Assembly: GCF_022539665.2 (NCBI RefSeq)
Contig: NC_081331.1
Coordinates: forward strand, 9,176,001 to 9,240,000
Source: Daphnia carinata
Taxonomy: Eukaryota
DNA length: 64,000 nucleotides
Direction of reading: 5' to 3'
In this document: positions 1 to 10,012 of the stretch, piece by piece
Position numbering within the stretch: the first letter of the stretch is position 1
Layout of the letters: every line of letters starts with the position of its first letter
Made by a program: the position numbers and the translations under genes
Notes under the pieces: generated by a model
Databases searched by the model: none
Told to the model about the DNA's origin: nothing
Seen by the model: only the letters and a program-made list of their open reading frames with translations

Positions 1-3000
1 TAAATAAAAAAAATTTCCATTAACATTTTAATGAAATAGTGAAGAACAAATTAAAAAAACTTAAGATTCTAAAAGGAACGGTGAGAAACAATTCTTAAAC
101 GATATACCTTGTTTATAGAATGTTCAATGACAAATAAAATATTAAATCCAAATTTATTTATATATACATTAATAGCATCTTACTTTGTAAATAACAAATA
201 ACTGGAATAAATTTAGATAAATTAACATCCACTAAAATTGGCTAGCTTGACTTTAAAAAGGAACGTACAGAATTTGAAAACGCTTTAGAATGTTTATAGA
301 ATGTACCAGGATAAATTAATAAAATAACCAAAAAAATATATATATATACTTAAATAAAGGAAACTTTTAAATAATATAGACTTAGATAACATTTTATAAA
401 TAGGTTTTTAATTGAAGTTTTAAAATTTCATTTAAAAAAGGAATAGATTTACCAAAAATATACATATGTGTACAAATAAAGTAAAATTTGTAAATAACCT
501 ATGACTTTAATAAAATTTTAAGAAATAAGCAATGAAATGAAATGTAAAAAACTTGATTTTAGAAAGGCACGATCAGATAAAAATGTTTCACCTTATATTT
601 AAAATGTTAATAGGTAATAAACTTACCAAAAATATATATATGTACATAAATAGTACCAACTTTGTAAATACCACATTACTTTGATAAAGTTAAAAGAAAT
701 TAAGAAATGAATAATCTTTTAAAAATTTGATTTGAAAAAGGAAACGGTGAGTTAAAAAATTGAAACGTTATACCTTGTAAATAGAATGTTTCAAGTTCAA
801 TATAAAACTTGACTATAACATATGTATAGGTATATAAATAAAATTAATTTTGTATACAGTATATGAATTTGATAACAATTTATAAAGAAGTATTGAAATA
901 AAAATTTAAAAACTCAAACTGAAAAAGGGAACGGAGATAAGATTTGGAAACGTTACATATTTAAAACAAAGAGTTTCTAGGTAAATAATAAACTTATCAA
1001 ACATATATATTGATGTGCATAAAATAAAACGAACTTTGAAAATAATAAATGTCTATGACTACTATAATACTATAACATTTTAATAAATAACTAAAAATTT
1101 AAAGAATATAATTTGAAAAGGAACGGTGCAAAAAAAAAGTGAAAAAATACCTTGCGAATAGATTCATTATCAATATTAAACTTAGCAAAAATATATATAT
1201 GCTCATAAATAAACTTAACTTTGTAAATAACATATGACTATAATACCATTTAAATAAATAAGTATTGAACTTAATATTTAAAAATCTTAATTTGAAAAAT
1301 GTAACGGTAAGAGGAAAATATTTAATATGTAATACCTTCATCATCAATTAAAACATTCATTATCAATATTAAACTTAGCAAAAATATATATATACTCATA
1401 AATAAACTTAACTTTGTAAATAATATATGACTATGGTACCATTTCAATAAATAAGTATTGAACTTAATATTTAAAAATCTTAATTTGGAAAATGTAACGG
1501 TAAGAGGAAAAAATTTAATATGTAATACCTTGTAGATAGAATGTTTCGAAGTCAATAATATTTAAAAAAAAAAAGTATATATAACATAAATCAAATATAG
1601 TGTGTAAATAATATATAGCTTTGCTAACATTTATAGAAATTAGAATGAATGAAAATTTAAAATTCTGAAAAAAAGGAACGAAGATGAAAATTGAAAACGT
1701 TAAACACATTGAAAATAAAATATGTTAACATAAATAAGATACTATATATATATATATATATGCATAGATAAATTAAACTTGGTAAATAATATAAAGCTAT
1801 GGTAATATTTGCACCTTGCACATATTACAGTAACCATAAATATATGTGTGTAAATAAATAAAATATACCTTTAATAAATATTACATCAAATAGGATTTAA
1901 AATAGAAATAACATCTAACTATATCAATAACATAAAACTTTACAAACATTAAAAAGGACTTGTAAAACAGGAACAGTTAGGGCAATATGTAAGACTATTT
2001 GTTCTACCTAAAATTAATTATTACCGTCTTATATATATGAGGGAGGACAGAGGAAACTTGTTGAAGTTGATTGCTGAGAAGTTCACGTGCAGAAAGTAAT
2101 TTTTAATCAAATGAAATAGTATTTCCAAGGGCAAAGCCAGTTTGAATGAGCACACAAAGCCAGGTCAGTGGGAATACAAAGCAAGTTAAAAAAAAAACCG
2201 TTACTATTGCGCAATATTCATTCCATTACGACATCTAGGTGAAAGTTTCTAAGATAAAGAATAGCAGTAGCCCATTCAAACTTAAAATCGTCTACTATGG
2301 CCAGCGGTATGTCTACTTATTTCTTAAAAATTTAAATGATAATAATTTTAACGTTTTAGAATTAGAAATTATTATGGAAATTGAAGAATCTGTTGAGCTC
2401 TCCATGTCTCAACATATAATCGTAACAGAAGAGGAAACAATGGAGGAGGACAAAAAAGAAAAAAAAAATGGAGAAAAAGAAAAAAAAACTGCAAGAACTA
2501 CAACAAAAATTCAATGCGCTAAAGAAGAATGCTTTTCTAGCCAAAGTTGCAGTTAATTTGTAAGTATTGTATTCCATATTATATATCCATTTATTATTAT
2601 GTATATTAGAAATGGTATCGTGTAGTCAAAATTTTTGAAAGCACAGTCTTTCCTAAAATTTTTTGCAGTTTGCCATTCAGTATTGATATAAGGCAGATGG
2701 AGGAAATTTAAAACAAATTTTCCTTTCTATTCCCCTTTTATCAATAACATGAATGAAACCTGTTAAAAATTTACAAAAGTTTGCACTTTGACAAATTTGA
2801 AGTAACCGTTCCCATTTTATAGCAATTGAAGCTGTAACTAAATGGATACTTACATTTCTGCAGCTCAGTTGTTTTAATTTACAATTAATATCTTTATCTT
2901 TATAGGGCGGAGAGAAATCATCTAACTGCGCACAACTTGATGGTCGACGCACGAAAAGCCCTTGCAAAAGCCAAGAAGGAAATGGCTCAAAATAAATATT

Positions 3001-3382
3001 AATTTGGAATAATACAAAAATTTAATGTAATAACCACCATAAAAAATAAACCAGTAATCAAAATTAAAATTCATATATTTATTATTCACATCATAACACA
3101 CTATAATAAGGTTCATATGTAGGCGGGTAATATTTTAAGTTTCGGCAACACGCGTAGCTGAGAAATTACACAAACCAATTTTTTCTTCAATTTCCGCACC
3201 CGCAGTTTATTGTTCCAAATCCCACCAATTCACTGCAGCAGACGGTGGTTTTGGCGCCAGCCAATCACATTCCACCGTTCACTATAGCAGACGACGGTTT
3301 TGACGCCAGCCAATCAAAACAAAAGCACAAAGTCACATACACAGGCTCCTCCTCTTTTCCTTGTTTTTTTATATAGTATAGA
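1..3382 (-). mobile_element. Helitron-like element A (5' end at 3382; 3' end not seen in window)
   Basis: The minus strand begins TCTATACTATATAAAAAAAACAAGG at 3382. The segment ~3185-3382 is homologous to ~5860-6040, the 5' end of element B. The left extent is inferred only. Confidence 0.6.
60..1800. repeat. Degenerate AT-rich tandem repeat (satellite-like), ~180-bp unit, about 10 copies
   Basis: The anchor motif AAAAGGAACGG or a variant recurs near 71, 256, 436, 562, 735, 922, 1116, 1297, 1490 and 1671. Units ~1166-1338 and ~1358-1531 are nearly identical. Confidence 0.85.
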
Positions 3383-6040
3383 CTAGTAACGTTGGGCCCG
3401 TCCAGGGCCGGGGTATAGGTGGCGCTAGCGTATCCTTACGCTATTTCTAAGAAAATGATTCCACTCCATTTTTTCGCCCGTCTAGTTTTAATTTTTTTGG
3501 CAATCAAGGGTTCCCCTGTCTTACCCGCCAACCCACTCATTGATTCTGCCCGTCCACCCCCTCACTTTCTCTGCCCGTCAACCCACTTTGCCCACCAAGA
3601 AATTCGCTGTTGTTGCCCGTCGACCCACTCTCTGTCCGTCGGCCCACTCTCGGCCAGTCGACCCAATCTCGGCCCGTCGGCCCCTCACTGCCCGTCAGCT
3701 CCCTTTCTGCCCGTCGACCCACTTGCTGGCCGTCGGCCCCCTCACTGCCCATCAGCTCCCTCACTGCCCGTTGGCCCCATCTCTTCCAATCGCCCACTCG
3801 CGTGGGCCCCTTCTCTGCCCGTCGAATCACTCGCTGCCCGTGGGCCCCTTCTCTGCCCGTCGACTCACTCGCTGCCCGTTGGCCCACTCGCTGCCCGCCA
3901 AAACGACTGCTATAGTTGCCCATTCACCTTTTCATTTGCTTTTGCCCGTCTTTCCCTCACAGTCTCAGCCAGGAAAACGCCCGATGTAGTTGCCCGTCCA
4001 CCCATATTTTCCCTCTGCCTATCTTTTCTTGAATAGCCTCTGCCCGTCAACCCCCTTTGCCCACCAAAAAACCCGCTGTAGTTGCTTGTCTTCCACCGTA
4101 CAGTCTCTGCCCGTCGGATTACCTATTGTAGCGCCCACCGGTTTTAAACCAATACTAAAAAATTGCATTTATCCGTCCTAGTAACGTTGGGCCCGTCCAG
4201 GGCCGGGGTATAGGTGGCGCTAGCGTATCCTTACGCTGTTTCCGAGAAAATTATTCCACTCCATTTTTTCGCCGTCTACTTTTAATTTTTTTCGCAATCA
4301 AGGGTTCCCCTGTCTTACCCGCCAACCCATTCATTGATTTTCCCCGTCCCCCCCCCCCCCTCACTTTCGCTGCCCGTCAAGATACCAGCTGAAGTTACCC
4401 GTCGACCCCCTCTCTGTCCGTCAAACCACTCTCTGCCCGTCAACCCACTCTCTGCCCGTTAACCCTCTCTCTGCCCGTCAACTCACTATCTGCCCGCCAA
4501 AACGCCTGCTTTAGAGGCCCACCTACATTTTTTTCCATTTGCCCCACCCGTTTTAAACCTAGCCCGTAGACTAAAAAATTGCATTTATCCGTCCTATTGT
4601 ACAGTCTCTGCCCGTCAAAAGACCCGCTTTAGTTGCCTCTCCACTTACTTCTTGCCTTTGTCCTTCAACCCACTTTGCTCGCCAAGAAACCCGCCGTTGT
4701 TGCCCGTCGACCCCCTCTCTGCCCGCCAATGGCCAATAAAAATAATAAATAAAACTAATAAAATTAATAAAATTAGAATAATTATAATAAAACGCCCTGC
4801 CCGTCACTCTTTGGCCGTCGACCCCCTCTCTGCCCATCAACCCACATTTTGCCCGTCAACTCACATTGTGCCCGCGAAAATGCCTGCTGGGGATATCTAC
4901 TTTTTTTCCCCACCCTTTCGTCACAGTCTTGACCCGTCAAAACCCCCGCTATAGTTGTCCACCCACTCATTTTTTGCTTCTGCCCCTCTAAGAAGCCCGC
5001 TGTTATTGCCCGTCGACCCTCTAACTGCCCGTCGGCCCTCTAACTGCCCGCCGACCCACTCGCTGCCGGTCGACTCACTCGCTGCCCGTCGACCCCCTCG
5101 CTGCCCGTCGGCCCCCTCTTTGCCCGTCGACCCTCTCACTGCCCGTTGGCCCATTCCCTGCCCGTCGACCCACTCATCTGCCCGTCGGCCCACGCACTTC
5201 CCGTCGACCCACTCGCTGCCCATCAAACCACTCGTTGCCCCTCAGCCCACTCGTTGCCCGTCGATCCCCTCTCTGCCCGTCACCCCACTCGCTGCCCGCC
5301 AAAACGCCTGCTGTAGTGGCCCATTGACTTTTTCATTTGCTTTTGCCCGTTTTTCCCTCGCAGTCCCAGCCCAGAAAACGCCCGCTGTAGTTGCCGTCCA
5401 ACCACTTTTTCCTTCTGCCCGTCTTTTCTCGAATAGTCCATCCCCGTCAACCCCCTTTGCCCACCAAAAAAACCTGCTGTGGTTGCCCGTCGACTTACGT
5501 ACTGTAGCGCCCACTCGTTTTAAGCTAAGCTCGTAGACTAAAAAATTGCATTTATCCGACCTATTGTACAGTCTCTGCCCCTCAAAAGGCCCGTTTAGTT
5601 GCGTGTCCACTCACTTTTTGCCTCTGCCCGTCAACCCACTTTGCTCGCCAAGAACTCGCCGTTGTTGCCCAACGACCCTCCTCTCTGCCCGCCAAAACGC
5701 CTGCCGTAGTGGCCAATAAAAATAATAAATAAAACTAATAAAATTAAATAAAATTAATTAAAAATTAATTAGAATAATAATAATAAAATGCCCTGCCCGT
5801 CAGCATACGTGCCGTTTACGCAAAGCCCGTAGATTGAAAAATTGCCTAAATCCGCAACTCCACCCGCAGTTTAGTTTTCCAAATCCCCATTCCACCAATT
5901 CACTGTAGCAGACGGCGGTTTTGGCGCCAGCTAACCACAGCAGCCGGCGGCGGTTTTGGCGTCAGCCAATCACAACAAAAGCACAATGTGACAGACACAG
6001 GCTCCTCCCCCTATTTCCTTGTTTTTTTATAGAGTATAGA
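3383..6040 (-). mobile_element. Non-autonomous Helitron-like element B with internal minisatellites and a duplicated 3' terminus
   Basis: On the minus strand the 5' end is A|TCTATACTCTATAAAAAAACAAGG at 6040. The 3' end has a GGCCC-TGGAC-GGGCC hairpin (3409-3395), 8 nt, then CTAG|T (3386-3383). There are no TIRs or TSD, which fits canonical Helitron termini. A second copy of the 3' end lies at 4178. Confidence 0.85.
3545..5800. repeat. Interrupted arrays of a 19-bp GC-rich minisatellite (consensus ~CTGCCCGTCGACCCACTCT)
   Basis: Dozens of CTGCCCGTC cores at 19-nt spacing, e.g. 3610-3900, 4395-4500 and 5005-5300. These arrays explain the many Pro/Arg-rich spurious ORFs here. Confidence 0.9.
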
Positions 6041-6209
6041 TCCTCAAAGACTCTGTGATTGCCAGTGACTGCGAAGAGTTGGGAATTTTGCTTTTAAATG
6101 TTTCAAGTCACGTGACTTTTAAAGCCCCTGATTTTGACATCAGCGACACCTTACGTGCGAAAGAATGTTGTATCGTGCGATACACGTTTCGGGTTTAAAT
6201 GTTCAGGGA

Positions 6210-6470
6210 TCTCTATTTATCGTAAAAGCTCGTAATTGGAAACAAGAAACGAACTGGCTTTAACAGTATACTTTTGTTTGTGGTAATCCTGTACTCGCTG
6301 AAGGACTGTAACACGCCTGTGTATCCGAAAACCGTGTTCAGTGATCTTTATTTATCGTTAAAATAAGCGAGGTCGTATTTGGAAATAAGAAACGAGCTGG
6401 CTTTAACAACTTTTCTTTGTCGTAATCCTGTACACTCTGAAGGACCGTAACACGCTTGCCTATCAGAAAA
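6210..6470. repeat. Diverged tandem duplication, ~135-bp unit x2
   Basis: TATTTATCGT...GGAAAYAAGAAACGARCTGGCTTTAACA...GTAATCCTGTAC...TGAAGGACYGTAACACGC occurs at ~6215-6330 and again at ~6349-6470. Confidence 0.8.
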
Positions 6471-7072
6471 CGTTAGAAGCCTCGATATCCAGTCACGTTG
6501 TTTACTTTCCGATATTTACTTCCAATTTCAAGCGAAAATCACGTAAAAACTATTGATGAAAGAACAACAACAGCAGGTCAACAAGGTAATAAAGCCTGTT
6601 TGTATGATTAACAAAAAGTTTATTTTTGAAGTAGTTTATAAATTCATACAACGTGAAATCATGTAAAATGACAGGTCTTTTCAAAGTTGATGTTTATCTG
6701 GCCCAGCTTGATAAGAGTAAATGGCATTTTCTGATGTATGAAAGACAAAAATCTATGCAGTAAGTATTATTCATTGTATGAGGCATTGTAAGTATTATTC
6801 ATTTATTCATGAATTACTTCGTCAAATGGTGGTCTTTATCTATAATATTGTTAATGGCTCTAATGTCAATGTAAATTGTGTATTTTTTGCTAGGCAATCG
6901 TCCACAACAATGTTTAAGACTAGGTGAAAATTGTTCAAGATGAAATTGTAGTTGATGATAAATTTTTTACATTGGGACCAATGATAGCAATTCACACACT
7001 TGAGACATTAGGGCAGTGTACTTATGAAGTTGATGTGCCTCTAGATCCTGATTCGCTCGATTGCAAACATAT

Positions 7073-7340
7073 TATCGCGTCGGAAATATTCGATTCGTCA
7101 CCGCGGTAGCGACAACAGCGCTAGGATGGAAATCCTGCCCCAGTTATGGCCGTCCTTTGGAACACCACCCTCGTCGCCGGATATAAAAGAGGCGACTTGG
7201 CACACCTGTTTGGCTTTTTAATTAATTGGTTAGGGCAGTTAGTTAGCAGTGGTGTCATTAAACCTTCTGGTGAAATACACATTATCTTTTAATCTGAAGC
7301 ACAACGTCTCTATCTTGGTACAAGATCCATGGCCGTGACA
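7073..7340 (+). repeat. 5' LTR (TA...CA; terminal TG mutated to TA)
   Basis: Matches 9745-10012 with 6 substitutions by my count, all transitions. TATAAAA at 7182 and ATTAAA near 7257. Confidence 0.95.
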
Positions 7341-7352
7341 TGGTGGAGATGC
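7341..7352 (+). other. Primer-binding site complementary to the tRNA-Ala 3' end
   Basis: TGGTGGAGATGC immediately after the 5' LTR is the reverse complement of GCATCTCCACCA, the 3' end of metazoan tRNA-Ala. Confidence 0.8.
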
Positions 7353-7644
7353 AGGGTAACACCTGTTAGGCTGAGTAAGGTAAACGCAATTGTTGTTCTT
7401 TTCGCACGGGTCTTGGGAAGTTTTTGAATAAGGGATTTGGAGGCAGGTGCTGTTTAGGGGTCCTTGGGAAGTGTGACCGGCCGGCAAGAAAGAGCCTTAA
7501 ATTGCCGTGGTACAGAACCACAGACCTGGCCGATTTCCTTGATTCGCTGTTAGTTTGAGACCTGTCCGAGTAAGTTATGGAAAGCGCGTAGTACAAGCCC
7601 GACAGGCCTACCATTGGGTGGGAGAGAGAGACGTAGCTCGGTGC

Positions 7645-8295
7645 ATGAGTACGGATCCGCCTAGGCAAAGCAGGCGTTTACGAGGGTTAGCCGCGTCCCC
7701 GATAAGCAAGGAAGGACAACGCAACGTTGGTCTTGACGGAAGTCAGGCGGAATCTATAAAGAGAGTTACAGAAGTAGGGGCACAGACTACCCAAGTGATC
7801 GGCCATACCTTTCCGAGAAGAGGAATCGTATCACTGAACCCGATCGGAAAGTCGAACGCGAGGACAAGTTCCTCAGAAGTAGGGGCACAGACTACCCAAG
7901 CGATCGGCCATACCTTTCCGAGAAGAGGAATCGTATCACTGAACCCGATCGGAAAGTCGAACGCGAGGACAAGTTCCTCAGAAGTAGGGGCACAGACTGC
8001 CCAAGCGATCGGCCATACCTTTCCGAGAAGAGGAATCGTATCACTGAACCCGATCGGAAAGTCGAACGCGAGGACAAATTCATCAGATGTTGGGGCACAG
8101 ACTGCCCAAGCGATCGGCCATACCTTTCCGAGAAGAGGAATCGTATCACTGAACCCGATCGGAAAGTCGAGCGCGAGGAGGCACCCGCCAAGTCCCGATC
8201 AGGAAGCAAGATCGAGAGATAGTGGTGTAGGAGAACAAACGTGTATTGATCCGAGGGAGCAACGGAAGATAGCCGAAAAGCAAGGAAACTTTTAA
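7645..8295 (+). CDS. Upstream ORF of the LTR element (probable gag N-terminal extension) with 35-aa tandem repeats
   Basis: Starts MSTDPPRQSRRLRG. It carries ~3.9 copies of EVGAQTxQxIGHTFPRRGIVSLNPIGKSNARTSSS and ends in AAC TTT TAA, overlapping the open +1 gag frame. Confidence 0.55.
   Translation: MSTDPPRQSRRLRGLAASPISKEGQRNVGLDGSQAESIKRVTEVGAQTTQVIGHTFPRRGIVSLNPIGKSNARTSSSEVGAQTTQAIGHTFPRRGIVSLNPIGKSNARTSSSEVGAQTAQAIGHTFPRRGIVSLNPIGKSNARTNSSDVGAQTAQAIGHTFPRRGIVSLNPIGKSSARRHPPSPDQEARSRDSGVGEQTCIDPREQRKIAEKQGNF
7770..8177 (+). repeat. 105-bp tandem repeat, ~3.9 near-identical copies
   Basis: AGAAGTAGGGGCACAGAC at 7770, 7875 and 7980, with a variant at 8085. Confidence 0.95.
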
Positions 8296-8377
8296 CGAGT
8301 GCTCAAGGGAAGGAAGAGATAAGGGGTTAAACGATTTTTCTGGAGCTTCACCGCTCGTTGTAGCACCAACGCTTGAA

Positions 8378-9466
8378 ATGGCCCAGCGTGCTGAAATTAG
8401 AGGAAACGATGGACCTCCCGCCAGTGTACCTGCACAGGCAGGAGGAGCCGCTCAGCGTGCACCGGCTCATCCATCGCAGTATCGTGAAGTACCAGTTTTC
8501 CGCGGAGGACCAGACGACGACGCCGCTGAATGGATAGAACGTTTCGAGAGGACCGCCAATTTTAATGGATGGGGTCCCGCTGAGAAAGCGGAATACTTTG
8601 GATTATTCTTAGAAGGCACAGCAAAAGATTGGCTAGCTTGTCAAATCGGACAGGTGGTCTGGGACGACGTTGCTCCGTGTGAAGCCGCGCCTGAGAGGGA
8701 GGCCGAAACCAGGATAAGGGGCCTACGAACCCGATTTTTAGAAACATTTCGATCGGATGATTTCGACCGTTATCATAAAGCTAGGCTACGTAATCGGAAG
8801 CAGGAAGCTTCGGAAACAGTCGTAGGTTATTTCTATGACGTGCTCAATCAGTGCCGTAGGTTGAACCCTATGATGCCTGAAGCGAAGAAAATAGATTATC
8901 TTTTGCGTGGGCTTAATCAGCCTTTGAAGCGAGAAATGACAATTAAACAGCCCCGGACGACAGATGAATTTTTGAGGGCACTCAAAATTTATACTAGGGC
9001 GTATGAGGATTCAGAGAAGCCGAATCAGGCAGTTAATTTTATGGGACAAGCGAAGGATCCTATTCCAGCCAGGCGAGTCACATATGCTGACTACGAAGAA
9101 AGGCGAACTCCGTTGAAACAAGAAGCCTACGAGTCCGACGCAAAGCGAGACAGCACGCGCCCAGGGTCGCATGACGAGTTAAAAAATTTAATACGCGATA
9201 TGGCAGCTCGGATAGAAGAGCTGAAACGAGGCACTAAACAATTATGCCTGGGAGGGGGAGGGGAGAAACCTTCTCGAACAGTAGACGGAAAACCAATCTG
9301 CTACCGATGTGGACGCTCCGGTCATATTGCTCGTTTTTGCGAGACCAACTCGGGTAATACGAGACCACGATCACCAACACCCGATCGGGGAGGAAGGGAG
9401 GACGAAAGGGGACCAAACGGACGTGATGGAAGCCGGCGAGAACGTGAGGACATGAGAAGAGACTGA
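8378..9466 (+). CDS. gag: Gag (retrotransposon capsid plus CCHC zinc knuckle), 362 aa
   Basis: Capsid-like motifs PVFRG..DDAAEWIERFE and RKQEASETVVGYF; nucleocapsid CYRCGRSGHIARFC. Confidence 0.9.
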   Translation: MAQRAEIRGNDGPPASVPAQAGGAAQRAPAHPSQYREVPVFRGGPDDDAAEWIERFERTANFNGWGPAEKAEYFGLFLEGTAKDWLACQIGQVVWDDVAPCEAAPEREAETRIRGLRTRFLETFRSDDFDRYHKARLRNRKQEASETVVGYFYDVLNQCRRLNPMMPEAKKIDYLLRGLNQPLKREMTIKQPRTTDEFLRALKIYTRAYEDSEKPNQAVNFMGQAKDPIPARRVTYADYEERRTPLKQEAYESDAKRDSTRPGSHDELKNLIRDMAARIEELKRGTKQLCLGGGGEKPSRTVDGKPICYRCGRSGHIARFCETNSGNTRPRSPTPDRGGREDERGPNGRDGSRREREDMRRD

Positions 9467-9732
9467 ATAGCGTGGTTGGAAAAGGACGCTAACTGGCCAC
9501 GCCATCTCTTGGCTCGCCGGTGAGTATTGATACTACGAGCGCTAGATGGCGTGGCGGCGGCCCCAACTTTTATTCATGGAAAATGCTTTTATTTACTTTA
9601 TTCCCCCTGATAAATGAAGTCAATGTCGTGTAATTCCTCTAACCCTGTAATCCCTCTACCCCGTAACACAAATATTAGATTTTAGACTTCTATTTTCCTG
9701 GCACACGAGCGCGATCGGGACGAGTCGCGACT

Positions 9733-9744
9733 TAAGGAGGGGGA
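9733..9744 (+). other. Polypurine tract
   Basis: TAAGGAGGGGGA directly before the TG of the 3' LTR. Confidence 0.85.
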
Positions 9745-10012
9745 TGTCGCGTCGGAAATATTCGATTCGTCACCGCGGTAGCGACAACAGCGCTAGGATG
9801 GAAATCCTGCCCCAGTTATGGCCGTCCTTTGGAGCACCACCCTCGTCGTCGGATATAAAAGGGGCGACTTGGCACACCTGTTTGGCTTTTTGATTAATTG
9901 GTTAGGGCAGTTAGTTAGCAGTGGTGTCATTAAACCTTCTGGTGAAATACACATTATCTTTTAATCTGAAGCACAATGTCTCTATCTTGGTACAAGATCC
10001 ATGGCCGTGACA
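9745..10012 (+). repeat. 3' LTR (TG...CA)
   Basis: 268-bp direct repeat of 7073-7340. Confidence 0.95.

Larger units (their letters stand above)
7073..10012 (+). mobile_element. Non-autonomous (gag-only) Ty3/Gypsy-like LTR retrotransposon, 2940 bp
   Basis: Two 268-bp LTRs, a 4-bp TSD ATAT (7069-7072 and 10013-10016), a PBS at 7341, a polypurine tract before 9745 and a gag ORF. No pol sequence is present. Confidence 0.95.

Noticed and set aside
1099..1709. Hydrophobic minus-strand ORFs
   Set aside because: They are translations of the AT-rich satellite units.
3545..5300. CRISPR-like appearance of regularly spaced repeats
   Set aside because: The units are contiguous with no unique spacers, the context is eukaryotic, and there are no cas genes.
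3419..5610. Numerous overlapping Pro/Arg/Gly-rich ORFs of 100-200 aa
   Set aside because: They are by-products of the stop-poor 19-bp GC-rich minisatellite, are open in several frames on both strands, and show no domain.
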